This document shows, piece by piece, positions 37,961-51,400 of a stretch of DNA of 64,000 bases. The notes beneath the pieces are model-generated. The model saw only the letters and a program-made list of their open reading frames with translations, did no database searches and was not told the origin of the DNA. Every line of letters starts with the position of its first letter. Position 1 is the first letter of the stretch. Both the position numbers and the translations under genes were made by a program. Source of the DNA: Camelus dromedarius (lineage: Eukaryota); contig NC_087436.1 in the NCBI RefSeq assembly GCF_036321535.1, forward strand, positions 96,164,001-96,228,000, in the 5' to 3' direction.

Positions 37961-40900
37961 CTGGGAACACCTGGGATCTGGGCTAGGATGATGACAGTTC
38001 CAGAACCGGCCCAGACGGAACCATCAGAGGAGAGGGCTTCCTGGTAGAGTAGCAGTTCCTACGGCTCACAGATCAGAGAAGGAATCTAGAGGTTTCTTTT
38101 CAACTCTGATTTCTCAGGTAAAGAAAATGAGTCCAGAGATTAAGACGGTCAAGAGAGGTTCCTGGTGGCTCTCAAACTACAAACTGGGGTTCCTGGCTCC
38201 TGCCTTCCACCCCCTTAATAAAAATATCCACAACCAGTTTTCTCCACCGCTCTCCCTGGCTGACTTTCCCTCGCTCTTCTGCTTTGAGCACCACTTTCTC
38301 TGAAAAGCCTTCCCTGGCCTCTCCCCACTCCCCATCTAAAGCAGATCCCATAAAAGCTGTCCCACATTCCTTTTCTGTTTCCTTTGTTGCATCACAAGTT
38401 GAAATTCTAGTTTTATTTATATGATGATTTCATGTGCCTCTTTCCCACCAGATATCATAAGCTAGGGACTCTGTTCACTTCTGGATCCCAGTCAGCACAC
38501 TGCTCAAAGCCTACCAGGGAGCTGGTGCTCCAAGTATATGGTATAGGGGCACAGTGTTCAAGAATTTTATTTGCAAATTAAAGTTCTGCATTTGTGAAAA
38601 ATGCTCACTGTGGGGTTGCAGGAAAGCTGGTTTACATTTTCCCTGTAGGCCGGGTATATGGGAAATGTTCAATACATATCTGTTGAGTGAATAAGAATTT
38701 CTGCACTACTGGGATTTTAATTCCCTTAAGAAAAACAACAACAACAACATACCTTGCCTCCAAGCCACTGAAAATAATTTAAATTCTACCTAAACATTAA
38801 AAACGAAACAAAAAAAACCTATTTAAACAAGTGTAAAATTTTTCCAAACAATGTTATTTAGAATATTAGAGTTCATCAGTACTTTGCTAATAACCGATTT
38901 ATTATGAAAATACTGATCACGTAAGTAAGGTAGCTTCTGGGATAACATGTAACTAGAAAACCCAGCGTTTGAAGTTTCACACTTTGAGTGTCTCAGAGAC
39001 GTCTTTTCTTATGGTACTCAATGAGCTTGAACTTAACCGATTTTTAGGACAGGAATTCACACATCTGCAAACATTTAAAAATAAAAGGCATTACCATGAA
39101 TTGCCCCCACCTTTCTCAGGAAAGGAAATGCATGAACACATGCATGAAGATTAGTACCATCCAGTAGGCAAATATTTTTCCATGTCCCACCCAAAGCAAA
39201 CAAATGAAAATAGAAACTTCAAGGACAATTATAAAATATCTCCAAATTTAAAGATACAGCACCCCTTTCTCCATTGGCTTTCTTCTATACTTTGCTCAGA
39301 AATAAATATTCCTTAATCAGTCCCAACTGAGAAGTTCTAGCAGGGAAACATTTCCATACTTTTGATTGTAAGGTCATTAATTTTTTGTTACATCTCCTTA
39401 CTTTCAAAACCTTATAGAGGAAAAAAAAAAGCCCCCCTCAAAACCATAGAAGGCACTCAAGTATTTGTTAATTATGGATATTAAGAGACATTAGCAAGTC
39501 TACCTGGTCTAGCCCTTAATTATACCTATAGACTCTTACATTCTAATTTTTTCATGGAAAGTTTAATGTCCATTAGAGGCTATTATCTCTGTTAACAATT
39601 AAAATGTTACAGCATTTAGGCATTAAAAACTGTATCTCCCCCTGTGTTGCAGTGTCAGCACGAAAATACTTTGTCATAGTCATTTGGGCAAGTTATGGGG
39701 AATGTGAATTTTTGAGTTTTCAGGGAAGACTGATTTCAAATAGTCTTTCCTGCTATTCATCCAAAGTCTTTTGCATTTTACTAGAAAACTTGGTAACTAT
39801 ATCTCACATCAAAATTAACTGTCAGATTATGGCTTGGTCTGGCTATAGTTGAACGATGAGAAATGTAACTTTTTCCAGGTATTTCTAAAAGGCACACGGG
39901 CAGTCCAGGGCTGGGTCACATATCTCTAGTAATCCCTCCAGGGCTCTGCTGTCTTGGACCTTTCTGACTCTTAAGATCTGTTGAGTTCGCTCACATTCCT
40001 TTCTGTTCCATTTGCAATAGCTACTGGCTATACCGCTGAGGAAGGGTACACATTCTCCTCTTGCTCAAACTCTCAGCCTCTGCATGTGGCTCGTATTCAG
40101 GAAGCTAAATTTCTGCACTTGTGAAAAGCAGAATGTGCACTTACTGAAAGATGGACATAGAGTTGACTGAGAGGAAAGAATTACCAGTACTTTAAATTAA
40201 CCGTTTATTTTCATTTTCATCAAAATATTAGCTTGCTTAATACAACTTAAAGGCAAATCACAGTTGTGACACAACTATTTTTGGCTTTTCTCAATTTTCA
40301 GATAAAATGTACAAATGCATCTTATGGATACTTTACACACTAAAGCACCGTGAACCCACACAAGATTAGCAATAGGAGAAAGAAAAAGTGGTTTGAAAGA
40401 GCTTAAAACTAAACTGTATATAAATGTGTGTGTGCATAGAGTCTAAAAAAATAAAACAGATGGTCACTTTAAAAATGGAAAATTTTAAGATATGGAAAAT
40501 GCTGAGTTGAAATAAATTAATAAAACACTGGAAACAAGTTCACCAAATTTGCAAAATGGGAGCAGAAGAGTTTCCGAAAAACAGCAGCCCATTTAGGTGA
40601 TGAACACCAGATGCCAAGTGTAGTTCAGTATAAACAAAAGCATTTTGATTAGCTTCAGGGGAAAAGAAGAAAAGAATCAGGTTCCAAAGGTGGGAAAGCC
40701 AAACAGCCCTAAGAAGACTGGGGCACGTGGCCCCAGCTGCCCCTGGGTATTTCCCAGTCTAAGGACGACGGAGTCGCTAGCCTCATTTCTGCCAGTGAAT
40801 TGCAATCCAAAAACGTCCAGTTCTCTGGGCCACCACCAGTGACAGTGGACAACCTGACACACTGCTCTGGGCCCACAATCAGGCTGCATTTCTGTAAGAG

Positions 40901-41454
40901 AAGAAATAGTCTCTGAAATACTGTGTGAAGGGGCTATGTAACTGTGGGAAGGGAGTTCTGAAGACAGCTGTGGGAAATCACTGACCTTATCCACAAATGA
41001 AAAGTACCCTTCAAGAGCCATGCCATTTCCTTTAGGAAGTTCAGGATTATCAGTCTGTTGGTGTACCATTGACCCTCGCTTAAATCCAAAGTCCATTTTG
41101 CCAGCATAGCCAATTAGGCAACAGAGCCAAGTGCCCTGGACTTATGCTTAGCATGTGGGGGTGGGAGAGGGTGGGAGAGAGAGTGTGTGTGTGGCTGTGT
41201 GTGTGCTGAGGGCAAGCCCCATGCAGGAGTCTTTCTCCTTCCTGAGGTTTAGATCTGAAGTCTAACTAGTCTTTCAACTGCTTTAATGAGTGTTTTACAG
41301 TATGTTGAGCATGAGGCTGAACACTGACTCTTGGAGTCTGAGCACATCATTTACTGGACGAGACAGATCTATTCACTGGACCGTCCAGTAAAAGCCAAGT
41401 TATTCACAGATAGAGTGAGTGCTGGAGGAGGCTTTGCCTGTTGAAGTATAAAGA

Positions 41455-41620
41455 ATTCCAGATGGAGAGTCTCTGGGTTCTAGTCTTGGCTCTGCTATTA
41501 GTCTAGGGTTATGTGACTGTAGCCAAGCCATTAACCTCTCTGGGCCTCAGTTTCCTCATCTGTGAAATGGGGACGTTGAGCTAAATGACCTTTAAAGCCT
41601 TTTTTGGACCTAACATTCTG
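41455..41620 (+). mobile_element. MIR SINE
   Basis: ctgggttctagtcttggctctgcta...ttaacctctctgggcctcagtttcctcatctgtgaaatgggg. Confidence 0.85.
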
Positions 41621-42421
41621 GGAATGATCGTGGACTGTGTATTCAAAAGCAGGAGTAATCATGTTGGGATAAAATGACCAGGAGTTTTCATGATAGAAGT
41701 AGGGTAGTCTGCTCATTTTCTGCAAAATTTGATTTCTCAGTTGCAAAAATTTCAGAGTACAGACTGCAAATATCCCTGATAACCTCTGCCTCACAGATAA
41801 ACACAGCTGGAATTTTTTCTTCTGGATATTATAAGTGCTAATCACAATCATTACTAACTGTATTAAAATGGAACACTAAGTACATGTTTCTTTAACAAAT
41901 TTTAAACATTTAAGTTTATTTCCTGAACATCTTCCCACCATGTCATCACAAATGCAACTCATTTCTTTCATCAGTGCAGGGTACTGCATTGTATCTATAA
42001 ATTGTACTTTATTTAGCCAGTGTTTATTGACAATAGATACACTGTTTTTTTCTTTATGATCACAAACAACACTGCAACAAAATTCCTTTGTGTTCCCTGT
42101 CCTAAAATTTAATATTGACACCTCCTCTCTCACTTCCCATTTCCAATCCATCACCAGGTCCTGGTGATTTCATCTAACGTATCCCAGGAACCCGTCCACT
42201 TCTCTCAGTCAAATTACCTCCACTTTATTCAAGTGGAGATTCAACATCTCATGCAACAGCCCCTTAACTGGCCTCCTCTATCCTATGTCTTCCTTCCAGT
42301 TTCCCAACCTGCAGCCAGAGATACAAATCTTGTTATTTCCCAATTTATGACCTTACTGGCTTCTCTCTGTTGCTAGGACCAAGACCACTGCCTTGCAATG
42401 GCTGTGTTGTCTACAGTGCAT

Positions 42422-43158
42422 TGTAAGATGCATCAGCACAGACAGGCTGGAATTTATGAGTGTGTTTTCCATCTGCACCCTGGGATGCAGATTAAATTAG
42501 TTACCCTAATCAGGAACACACACTTCAGAGACGGTTAGGAAGATGTTATCAGAAGGCCATAATCCAGAGGTGGTTTCTACAGGAATGTTAGCTTCCTTAT
42601 CTGCAATCAACAGAGGACTTTATTAAGGAACAAATGAATAGTAGAAGTTACTTTTCCTTGGTGAAACTGGTTTTGTATAGGACGTGTGGACTGGTTAGAA
42701 GTAGTGTAGAGGCAGCCCCACGCTTGCATTAAATGGTACATGGTAGTGATCCTGTACCTGGGCCCTTCCCAGTGATTCCCAATACATGTTTGTGCAAAAT
42801 GCCTTGTCTAGTTCCTGTTGCTTAAATTAAACTCTTAGGTTAACTCAACCCAGCCTCTAGAGGAGTGTCACATTTGCCTCCAATGAGTTTCCCATGAAGT
42901 TGGAGAAACCACAAGAACAGAACGAGGGACTTCACCAAGCTTACAAAACAGGTTGCACGATGGATCTGATCCCTGCTTACTAATCAATGTCACAATGTGA
43001 GGCTCGGCTGGGCCTGAGATTTGCTTTGGGACCACATGTGAGACCAAAGGGGAAGGAGAACTTTACCCTCAGCCACTTCTTAATACTGGAGTTTTCAGCA
43101 CCCATCAAAAATATCCTCAGTAAATAAGAAGGACCAGATTGGTTGAGGTCAGATTACA
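42422..43158. mobile_element. Unclassified LTR-like element (737 bp) within an L2 remnant
   Basis: TGTAA...TTACA inverted termini, 4-bp direct flanks GCAT (42418-42421, 43159-43162), internal ATTAAA near 42825; L2-like sequence on both sides (~42110-42400 and ~43165-43560). Confidence 0.55.
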
Positions 43159-45369
43159 GCATGTAGCTTACAAGACCCCACACAGTCTACCTTCTGTTAT
43201 CTCTCCTGGTCCTCCCCGTGCTCGGGACACTTCCCAGAATGCTGCCACCTCGGGACCGTGAGCATGCCGTGTGCGTTCCCACCCTATGGCTCCCTTTGCC
43301 CAGTCAGATCCCTCTCATGCTTTGCAGCTCAGCTGGGCAGCCCTTCCTCAGAGGAGCTGTTCCTGCCTCTCAGTCCAGGTCACACTCCCGCCCCGTACCG
43401 CAGAGTGCCCTGGATGTTCCCTGCTGCAGTCCCCACAGGCATAGACGGTGACCTGTCTGCCTGCGGACTGCGTGGATCCCCACGGGGCCGCGTCCAGGCC
43501 TGCTTTACTAACATCTGTATCCCCACAGCCTCCGTCGACATCTGTTTAATAGAGAGCATCCAGATTTTGTTCCCCACAGCATCAGTAATTTTTTTTAAAG
43601 ATTTTTACAACATATTAAAAAAAAAAATCCAACCAAACTCACAAGGTGAAGGATGGAGAATATATAAAATACAAGGGTGAGGCAATGCCCCTTTTTTAAA
43701 TACTATACATGCCAACTTAGTGACGCTGAAAATCCTTCGTTGACTGGAGGACCAGACAAAAGTCACCTTCCCCACCTCACACTGCATATTTCAGTTTCCT
43801 TTCATCGCAACACTTACAGAAGGATCAATTCAGTATGCAGGTAAGCTCTGCTGTCTCAGAGAGCTCCACTTTTACTTTGTTACCACATGTCAAGTCCTTA
43901 GCATCCTCCCTACTTCCCACTAATACAAACATGGAAAACATTGCAGCCCAAAGCTCTTTACATGCGTGAGGTCCACGGAGGATTTAAAACTACCCCTGGA
44001 CAGATAATTAAGGAGACCATTTTACAGTAAGGAAAGTTAAATATCTAGTTAGAAATTCCGGGGAAATCCCATGTGCTTAAGTTTGAAGTTTCCTGTTATT
44101 CATGTGGCTTGTATCCAAGGTAAAGGTGAGGTGAGCTGGGAGGAGAAGCGTTGTTGTTTGAACACCTCTCCTGCCCCACCCCTTCCTTCCATCCTGTACC
44201 CTACGTTGCTGCTCTGGTCCAAACCTCTCCTTTCACATTTGAGAAAACGGAAGGCCACAGAGGTCAAGGATGGGATTTATTAAGGATTTACCAAGTACCG
44301 ACACATGCAGCTTTACAGACAAGGAAACTGAAACTCAGGGAGGTTATGGGAAATGTTGGGGGACCCACAGCAAGTGGCAGAGTCAGGACTCAAACCTGAT
44401 GGGAGTCCAGGCCTTACTGCCGTCCCCTCGGGGGGAGGCAGGCCTGACTCCAAGGCTGGGGGTCACGTCACATCTCTTCCTCCTCACTTGAGAAGCACAG
44501 CTGACCTGCTGGCTTACTGACAGAAGAAAATACAACCCCACCCTTGGTTTCTTTTCAAAGGGCTCCCATAAACTACACAGGTGGTAAGCACCTGCAAACA
44601 GAGCGAGTTAAGACATTTAAGGGGACCAAACATGCATATGGTGCTGTCATGGCTTTGAGAGGATGATTCCGATGATTTCTGTGTCTCGCCCAGTCACACC
44701 TGCCAGCCAGGGCCCTGCACGATGCGGGCCTGGTGAATTCTGGGGTTTTTGTTTGTTCGCTTGTTTTGCTTCTTCTTTGTCTAATTAACTCTTACAGGAC
44801 AACTGCCTTTCCAGGGTTGCAGTTTCAGTAATTTCACTTTCTCTAAAGCTGCTTCAGCATTTTTTTTCTTTTGATTACATAAAGGTCACACTTCTTTTGC
44901 TCCATTCAATCTTTGACTTTAGGCAGGGGATTATATAAACAACTCTGAGCTCTCTCCACGCCAGTGGGCTGTGACTTCGCACCCTCCTTTGTTTCCAGGC
45001 TCCCTCCCCAGAGCCACAGTTTGGCCTGCGCTTCAGGACCAGGAAACGCTGGCCTTTTCGCTTTGAAAAGAGAAAGCGCTAAGTCAGTCACAGAGACTGA
45101 ACTCACTTCGCAGAGGGGGAATCAGGCCTACATCAGCGGTCTTCTGAGGCTGGACTTCGGCCTGGCTTGCAGCGTATCTCTGAAGCTTTTATCATGCCCA
45201 CTCCGAGAATACTTGGCATCCTTCACCAAAACCAAATCCCAGTGAGGACCATGAAACCTGTCCCATCAAGTTGAAAAGAGAATGCAGAGAAACTGTACTT
45301 TGTAAACTAAATCTTGACTGTCTAGTCAATTAACTATGTTTTACGATTCTTTTTAGAAATGACGGGGCA

Positions 45370-45489
45370 GGGGGAGGGTATGGCTTAGCATGCACAAGGT
45401 CCTGGGTTCAATCCCCAGCACCTCCTCTAAAAAAACCCAAATAAACCTAACTGCCTACCCCTCCAACCCCTCCCCCTCAAAAAAGAAAA
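45370..45489 (+). mobile_element. Vic-1-type camelid SINE with A-box deletion
   Basis: GGGGGAGGGTATGGCTTAGCATGCACAAGGTCCTGGGTTCAATCCCCAGCACCTCC; TSD core AGAAATGAC at 45355-45363 and 45490-45498. Confidence 0.88.
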
Positions 45490-46824
45490 AGAAATGACAG
45501 TAGCAGCAAATACAATTTGTTACCCGCTAGATAGCTAGCAAACCAGGATTCAGACCCAGGTCACCTGGATTTGGACATCTGAGTGCCCCACGCTGCCCAT
45601 GGGAGGCTGGCAAGCTCAGCAGGGAAAGGAATTGCTCTGAAGTAGTTTAGTCAGAGGGTGCAGGACTGGAAATTAGAAACAAGGGTTCTAGCCCTAGCTT
45701 TGCTTCCGACTTATGCGGTATCTCTCAATAAGCTCCCTTCTCTCCAGGCCTCTGTTTTCTTATCCATAAAATGAGGTGTTTGGCTCAGTGAAGCCCCCTT
45801 CCAGGTCAGGATTCTATAACCCATGGATGTTTTAAAAGCCTCAGCTTAGTTGCTTAAGAAATTGGCTTAAACATTTATTTAGAAATAAATCAAAATCTTT
45901 TAATCAAAGAAAAGGGCAAAATAACTCATATCATTTGAAATATAAAGCATGTATTAGAATCAACATATGGATTCAATGAAATAAGAAAATTAGGTGGTGG
46001 AGGAAATCAGTTTTTTAGAGGCATTTTCAAGTTTCCATGAAATAGTTCCTTCAAAATCACCAATATAAACTTTCAAGCATCTTTCTGAATTTGACACAGT
46101 ATAAATGGGGAAAAATACCCCCAAACTTGAAACTGATCAGATTGACAATTTCCTCCAAAGACTAAATGTAAAACCTGCAGAGTGCCTCAGTGTGTAGAAA
46201 TATTAGGCTTGGAGTCAGTAGACCTGAGTTCAAACCTCGGCTGGGTGACCTCGCTAAATCTCAGTGTCCTTAACTGTGAAAGAGGCATAATAATACTACC
46301 TAAATAGCTGTCACAGGGCAGCTGGGAAGGGCTAATAAACTGAAGAACTATATGAATAACTTTCATTATAACTAATTGCCTGCCAAAAAAATTCTCTTAC
46401 TATATATATAGGAAATTTACACAGGCATGCAGATTTGGAACTTTTAACATTTGAACTGCATCTTAGTGAAAGTTGAAAAACTAGCACAAATTAAAGGAAT
46501 GGGGAAAGCTGCCTGAAAACAAACAAAAAGCCAAAACCACCCTTACCACCAAGAAGTATCTTCTTTTTCAGTAGTAAAGAATGCAAAGATATCGCCCCAA
46601 CCTAAAGTTTCAGAGACACAATTCAGAACTGGGCAGTCCAGAACCATCTTCACTTCCTCTCTTTCTTTCCTTAGAAACACATGCCCCTCCTCTAGCCCAG
46701 GAAATTCTTCACCTGCTCACAGACTCCAGCCTCAGGACCTTTGCTCTTGCTGTTCTCCCTGTCTCGAATGCCCTTCCACCAGCCCATCTTATTACAAATC
46801 ATTCCCCCTGTGGTCCCTTTAGTG

Positions 46825-46985
46825 CAGTGCTTCTCAGACTTCACTGTGCTTATGAATCATCTGAGGATCTTGTTAAAATGCAGATTCAGATTCAATAGAT
46901 CTGAGGTTGGGGCAAGATGCTGCAATTCTAATCAGCTCCCAGGTGACCACCATGCTGCTGGTCCATGGACCCCACTTCAAGGAGC
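46825..46985. mobile_element. MER5-type hAT-Charlie element
   Basis: cagtgcttctcagact...gaatcatctgaggatcttgttaaaatgcagattc...gctcccaggtga...gctgctggtccatggaccccact. Confidence 0.85.
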
Positions 46986-47588
46986 AAAGCCTATTGGCTC
47001 ACTGGGGAAAAAAAATGGGGCAGGGGTAGTTTTTGGAGACATACAGACATGGGTTTAAATGTAATCTCCATCAGGCAAATAAAATAGTGGGAATGTTACC
47101 TATTTTATATAAATGATGGGAGGATCTTTTGAGATAGTCATAAATAGATACTATGCTTTTCAAATCTGTCTTTCCCTTGGCTCCCCCAAGCTCATCATCT
47201 TGTCCCCTATTATGCTTCTCTGATAACCCACTTTATTTCTCTTTACTCTGAATCTTATCTGACTTTCTTTTAGCACATAAATCGAGAAAAAGGATTCTTA
47301 AAGTTAAATTTTGTTCATACAAAACTCTGTGCTTATGATGCTTAATACCACCCTTCTCTGCAGCACCATACACAGGGACAGAGGCAGAACTGCGTCGTGG
47401 TTACAGACACGGGCTTTGGGACAGGTATGAGTGCCAATGCTGGTTCCATCACTCACCAGCTGCATCCCCTGCCTAATGCAGACTAATATGTCTGCATTTC
47501 AATTACTTCACCTCTAAAATAGGAATTCCACCTTAATCTCTAGTGTCTTTGTGAGAATCAGGTAAGTTACATAAAGTACTCTGCCAAC

Positions 47589-48083
47589 GTGGTAGACTGC
47601 AAAACTGACCACAACTCTCCACTCTTCCCTGAACCCATGCCGTTCTCTGATGACTCTGCAGTTCCTCCCATCAAAAGGTGGAGTCTGTTTCTCCACCCCT
47701 TGCATCTGGACTGACCTCTTGATGTGCTAACCCTGGAGGAGAAGCAACTTGTGTCCATTTCAGCCTAGACCTTAAGGAGCCTTGCTCCTGTGCACCTGCT
47801 TACAATCATGCTGAGCTGACACATGAACAAGCCCAGGCCTGCCTGTCCAGTGATGGAGGGCATGAGGCCCAGCTGCTCCCTCGTGGACTCAGCCAACAGT
47901 CAGCCAACACCCAGAGACAGAGCCACCCTGGTTACCACAGATGCATAAGGGAGCCTGGACAAGACCAGTAGATTGGCCAGGCCCAAACTGCCGATCCACA
48001 AAGTCATAAACTAAATAAATGGTGGTTGTTTTAAGCCATTATGTTTGGGGGTTGTTTGTTACACAGCAATAGATAACTGATAC
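47589..48083 (+). mobile_element. MLT1H-like solo LTR
   Basis: gtggtagactgcaaaa...cctcccatcaaaaggtggagtctgtttctccacccct...aataaatggtggttgttttaagcca...gttacacagcaatagataactgatac. Confidence 0.85.
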
Positions 48084-48239
48084 TATGTATATAAATAATT
48101 ATAATATTTATATTTTTACATATTACATATATGGTATTATAATATTTGAGGGAAAATGTACATCAACAGATAATGAATTTTCCATACCACTAAAATTTCC
48201 ACTTTTTGGATGGGAGTAGGAAGAAGTAGGAAGAAGGCT

Positions 48240-48402
48240 GAACTGGAAATTGGGACTCATAGATTCTGGTCCCAGTAACTTTTCCAGTTAGCAGCTATGT
48301 GACCTTGGAAACATCATTTAACCTCTTTGAGCCTCAGTTTCCACATCTGTAAATTAAGGTGGTTAGACCAGATGACTTTTAAGGTTCTTTTCTAGCTCTA
48401 AA
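48240..48402 (+). mobile_element. MIR SINE
   Basis: gctatgtgaccttggaaacatcatttaacctctttgagcctcagtttccacatctgtaaa. Confidence 0.85.
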
Positions 48403-51400
48403 AAGGACTAGGATCCATTTTTCCAAAATGTAATACTTATTTCCTTGCTAACAGATAGTTCTGAACCCAACTTTTCTTTTCTTACAGACTTAGAATTTAG
48501 TCACAGTCAACCTTCTGGGTATTGCCTTCCCTGTTGAGCAGTTGGTTGTCACTACATTTCATATTTATCCTAACAGCCATGCACTGAACTTATAAAGTGG
48601 ATCTCCTTGCTGTGGGCCAGGAATCCAGACAGCCAAGCTCATTAGCAATCAAAAACTGATGCCTTGTAAGTTCTAGTGAGACTCCAAGTCTGTGGCTCTT
48701 AACTATTTGCAGGTGCACGTGGACTTCTTTTATTTATTTCTAGGTTGCAGTAAATATTCTGAAGGACTGAGGTTGGGCAGTCTGGTCACCAAAGAAGGAG
48801 GATACTGTTTTACAGCTGTAAAGTCCACATCAAATCTGCACTTAATCACACATAAATGACCCAAGATATGTAGTCAGTTAGCAAATGGGGGGAAAAAGAT
48901 TTAACACCAAAATTTTAAAAGTTTTGAAATTCCTTCATGTACAGATTCACTCTGGAACTAATAAACAAATGAATAACGAATATATCCAAATACATATTGT
49001 ATTAAAAAGCTACACATGTGGCAGTAACTAGGGTGGCTTTTCTTCTCTCACAGGGATCAGTGTTTCTTACATACCATGAATACAGCCTCTAATACTGTAC
49101 CCTGTGAACATAATCCAGTCTTACCTGTGACATCCAGCAGGCCACACTGTGGCCAACCAAAACAAGCAAACAAGCAAACAAACAATAACAACAAACTGTT
49201 CTATTGCCCACTGACATTACTGCTACACAATCAAAAGTTAGGATATTTTTATTCCAGGGAGGAATTGTGCTAAATCAGGGAATGTGTGTACAATACGAGG
49301 ATAAGAGTTTACCTTAACTTTGTCTTCAGATGCACATATTCAAGTCTACATAAAGAAGCACCAGGGTGTTGAAAGCATGAAAAAAAAACATTGGCTCATT
49401 CTTTATCAAAACCTCTTTTCTGTGATAGAAACAAATGATGTGGGGCCCAAGAGTAAGTACAGTCAGTAGGGACAGCATTGCGACGAGATGTGGCTTATGG
49501 TTATCTACCTGGAACAAGTGTATTTTGAAATGACATGTAAATGAGCTTCAGAGACTTGAGTCATCTAATATTTTCTTTGAGTTAATATTTTAAACACCAC
49601 CTTTGCCTAAGTATCTTTGGAATCAATTCACTCCTCTCTCTCCTCTTGTGTGGATTTTTACAGCAGCTGCCTTGCTTGTATCTTCCCCATTTCCTTCTTC
49701 TCATCGCAGCTGGAATGAACTTTCTGAAACACAGACCTGCTCTGCTGAAAATCCTCCAAGGGCTTCTCTGAAGACTGGAAGATCCCTGAAGGCAAGGACT
49801 GTGTCCTTAGCACTGGCCAAGTGTCTACAAACATGCCTCTAAGGCGAGGGCATTTAATTTGAGAGAGCCACCTGTACCCGGAAAAGAACAGAGTTCACTG
49901 CTCATGGTAAAATTTGAGACATGATATTCCCTTTGTCTCATGTTAATACTATTCACTGCAGCTCTGGTGTGTCTCTTCTAAGATGCTTGATGACACTGAG
50001 TCAGTATTTTGAGTTCTTTTAAGTATCTGCTTCAGGACACATATTCACTTGAAGGGTGTATTACAAGCATGCTTTAGGATAGGGCCATTTTGATGATATA
50101 TGGTTCTTTCAAAGATTCCAGTCTCTGTGGGAACATGACATTCTCAGGTGAGAAGGGCGCACCGAGTAGACAAGATTTGATTTTTATTTTATTTTCTTAA
50201 ACAGCACTCAGGTAATAACGAGACTAAGAAAGGCTATATTGGGGTGACCCATTTGACCTGCAGATGGCTGGGGCTCAAGTCTGCCCTCCCCCAGGATGAG
50301 CCTATCGACTCCTCTTTTCTAGATACGTAGTAAGTCTGCCTGCAACCAGATCATCTAACATTACAAAAAAGGAAGAAGAAAAAAGATCAGGAGCTAGGTA
50401 CTATTTAACCAAGAACCAAAAAGAGCCCACAATTCTGGGTTATTGAAAAAATTGTGGAACTAGGGGAATTTGAAATAGTCCAGGTGGAGAAAACTCAGCT
50501 ACCAGGAGGCTGGTATTCAGTTATCTGGAAACTGGAGTTCATTCCTGGAAGTGCAATCAGTGGGCTCTTGGGGCACCAAGGGCAGGGCAGTTCCTGGAGC
50601 AAAGAGGGCAGTACCTGCTCTGCCCTTGGGCTGGGACTGGATTCAGGCCAGAGCTTAGCCTGGTTGTGTTTCCAGGTTCAGACAAGGACTAGGTGGGAAA
50701 TGAGGGGGGTCATTCCATTCCTAGGCTAATACACATATTTAGTGGGTATGCAAGTTACTGTTTTGTTTTAAATTCCAGGTATGCAGAAGCTCTTAGAACA
50801 CAGCTGAGATCAGCCACGTTGATCTTTAGATGTCACTACCCAACTAAATCTTGAGAAGTTTTGAGGACCAGGCCCTGGGGCCAGATGCTATGAGACAGGT
50901 GCCTATACCATACTTGCTGAATCAAAGAACAGGATCTGAATGTACATAGAGTGAGCTAAGAAGAAAAAGAAGTCAAAACCCTGCCTCCTTCTCTCTCTGT
51001 CTGTGCCATTTGGCCTCTGTGATCAAGGCAGCTTCCCATAACTGACTCTTCACACTCAAGAGAAATACAAATAACCCCAGAACTCTACCTTCAGAGCTTT
51101 GTCATGGTTTCAGTGATCGACCTCATGACTGTTCAGGTGTTCTATAGACACAGGTGTTTAGCCTTAGAAGACTTTAACGTGTCTCCTTAAAATAGTGTTA
51201 CCTGGAAGTGTAAATGTGGGACTGAGTGGCAAATAAAGAATCTGTTGTCCTTAAAAGCAGCAACCAGATGCCATTCCTTTCTCATTCAACTCTCAAATGT
51301 TTCTTAAATAGCTTGTTTATAATCACCCAGGAACATCCATAAGCCATGGTGAGATGCGCCATCAGTAATTCTCACAGTGACAGGGAGAAAATAAATACCC

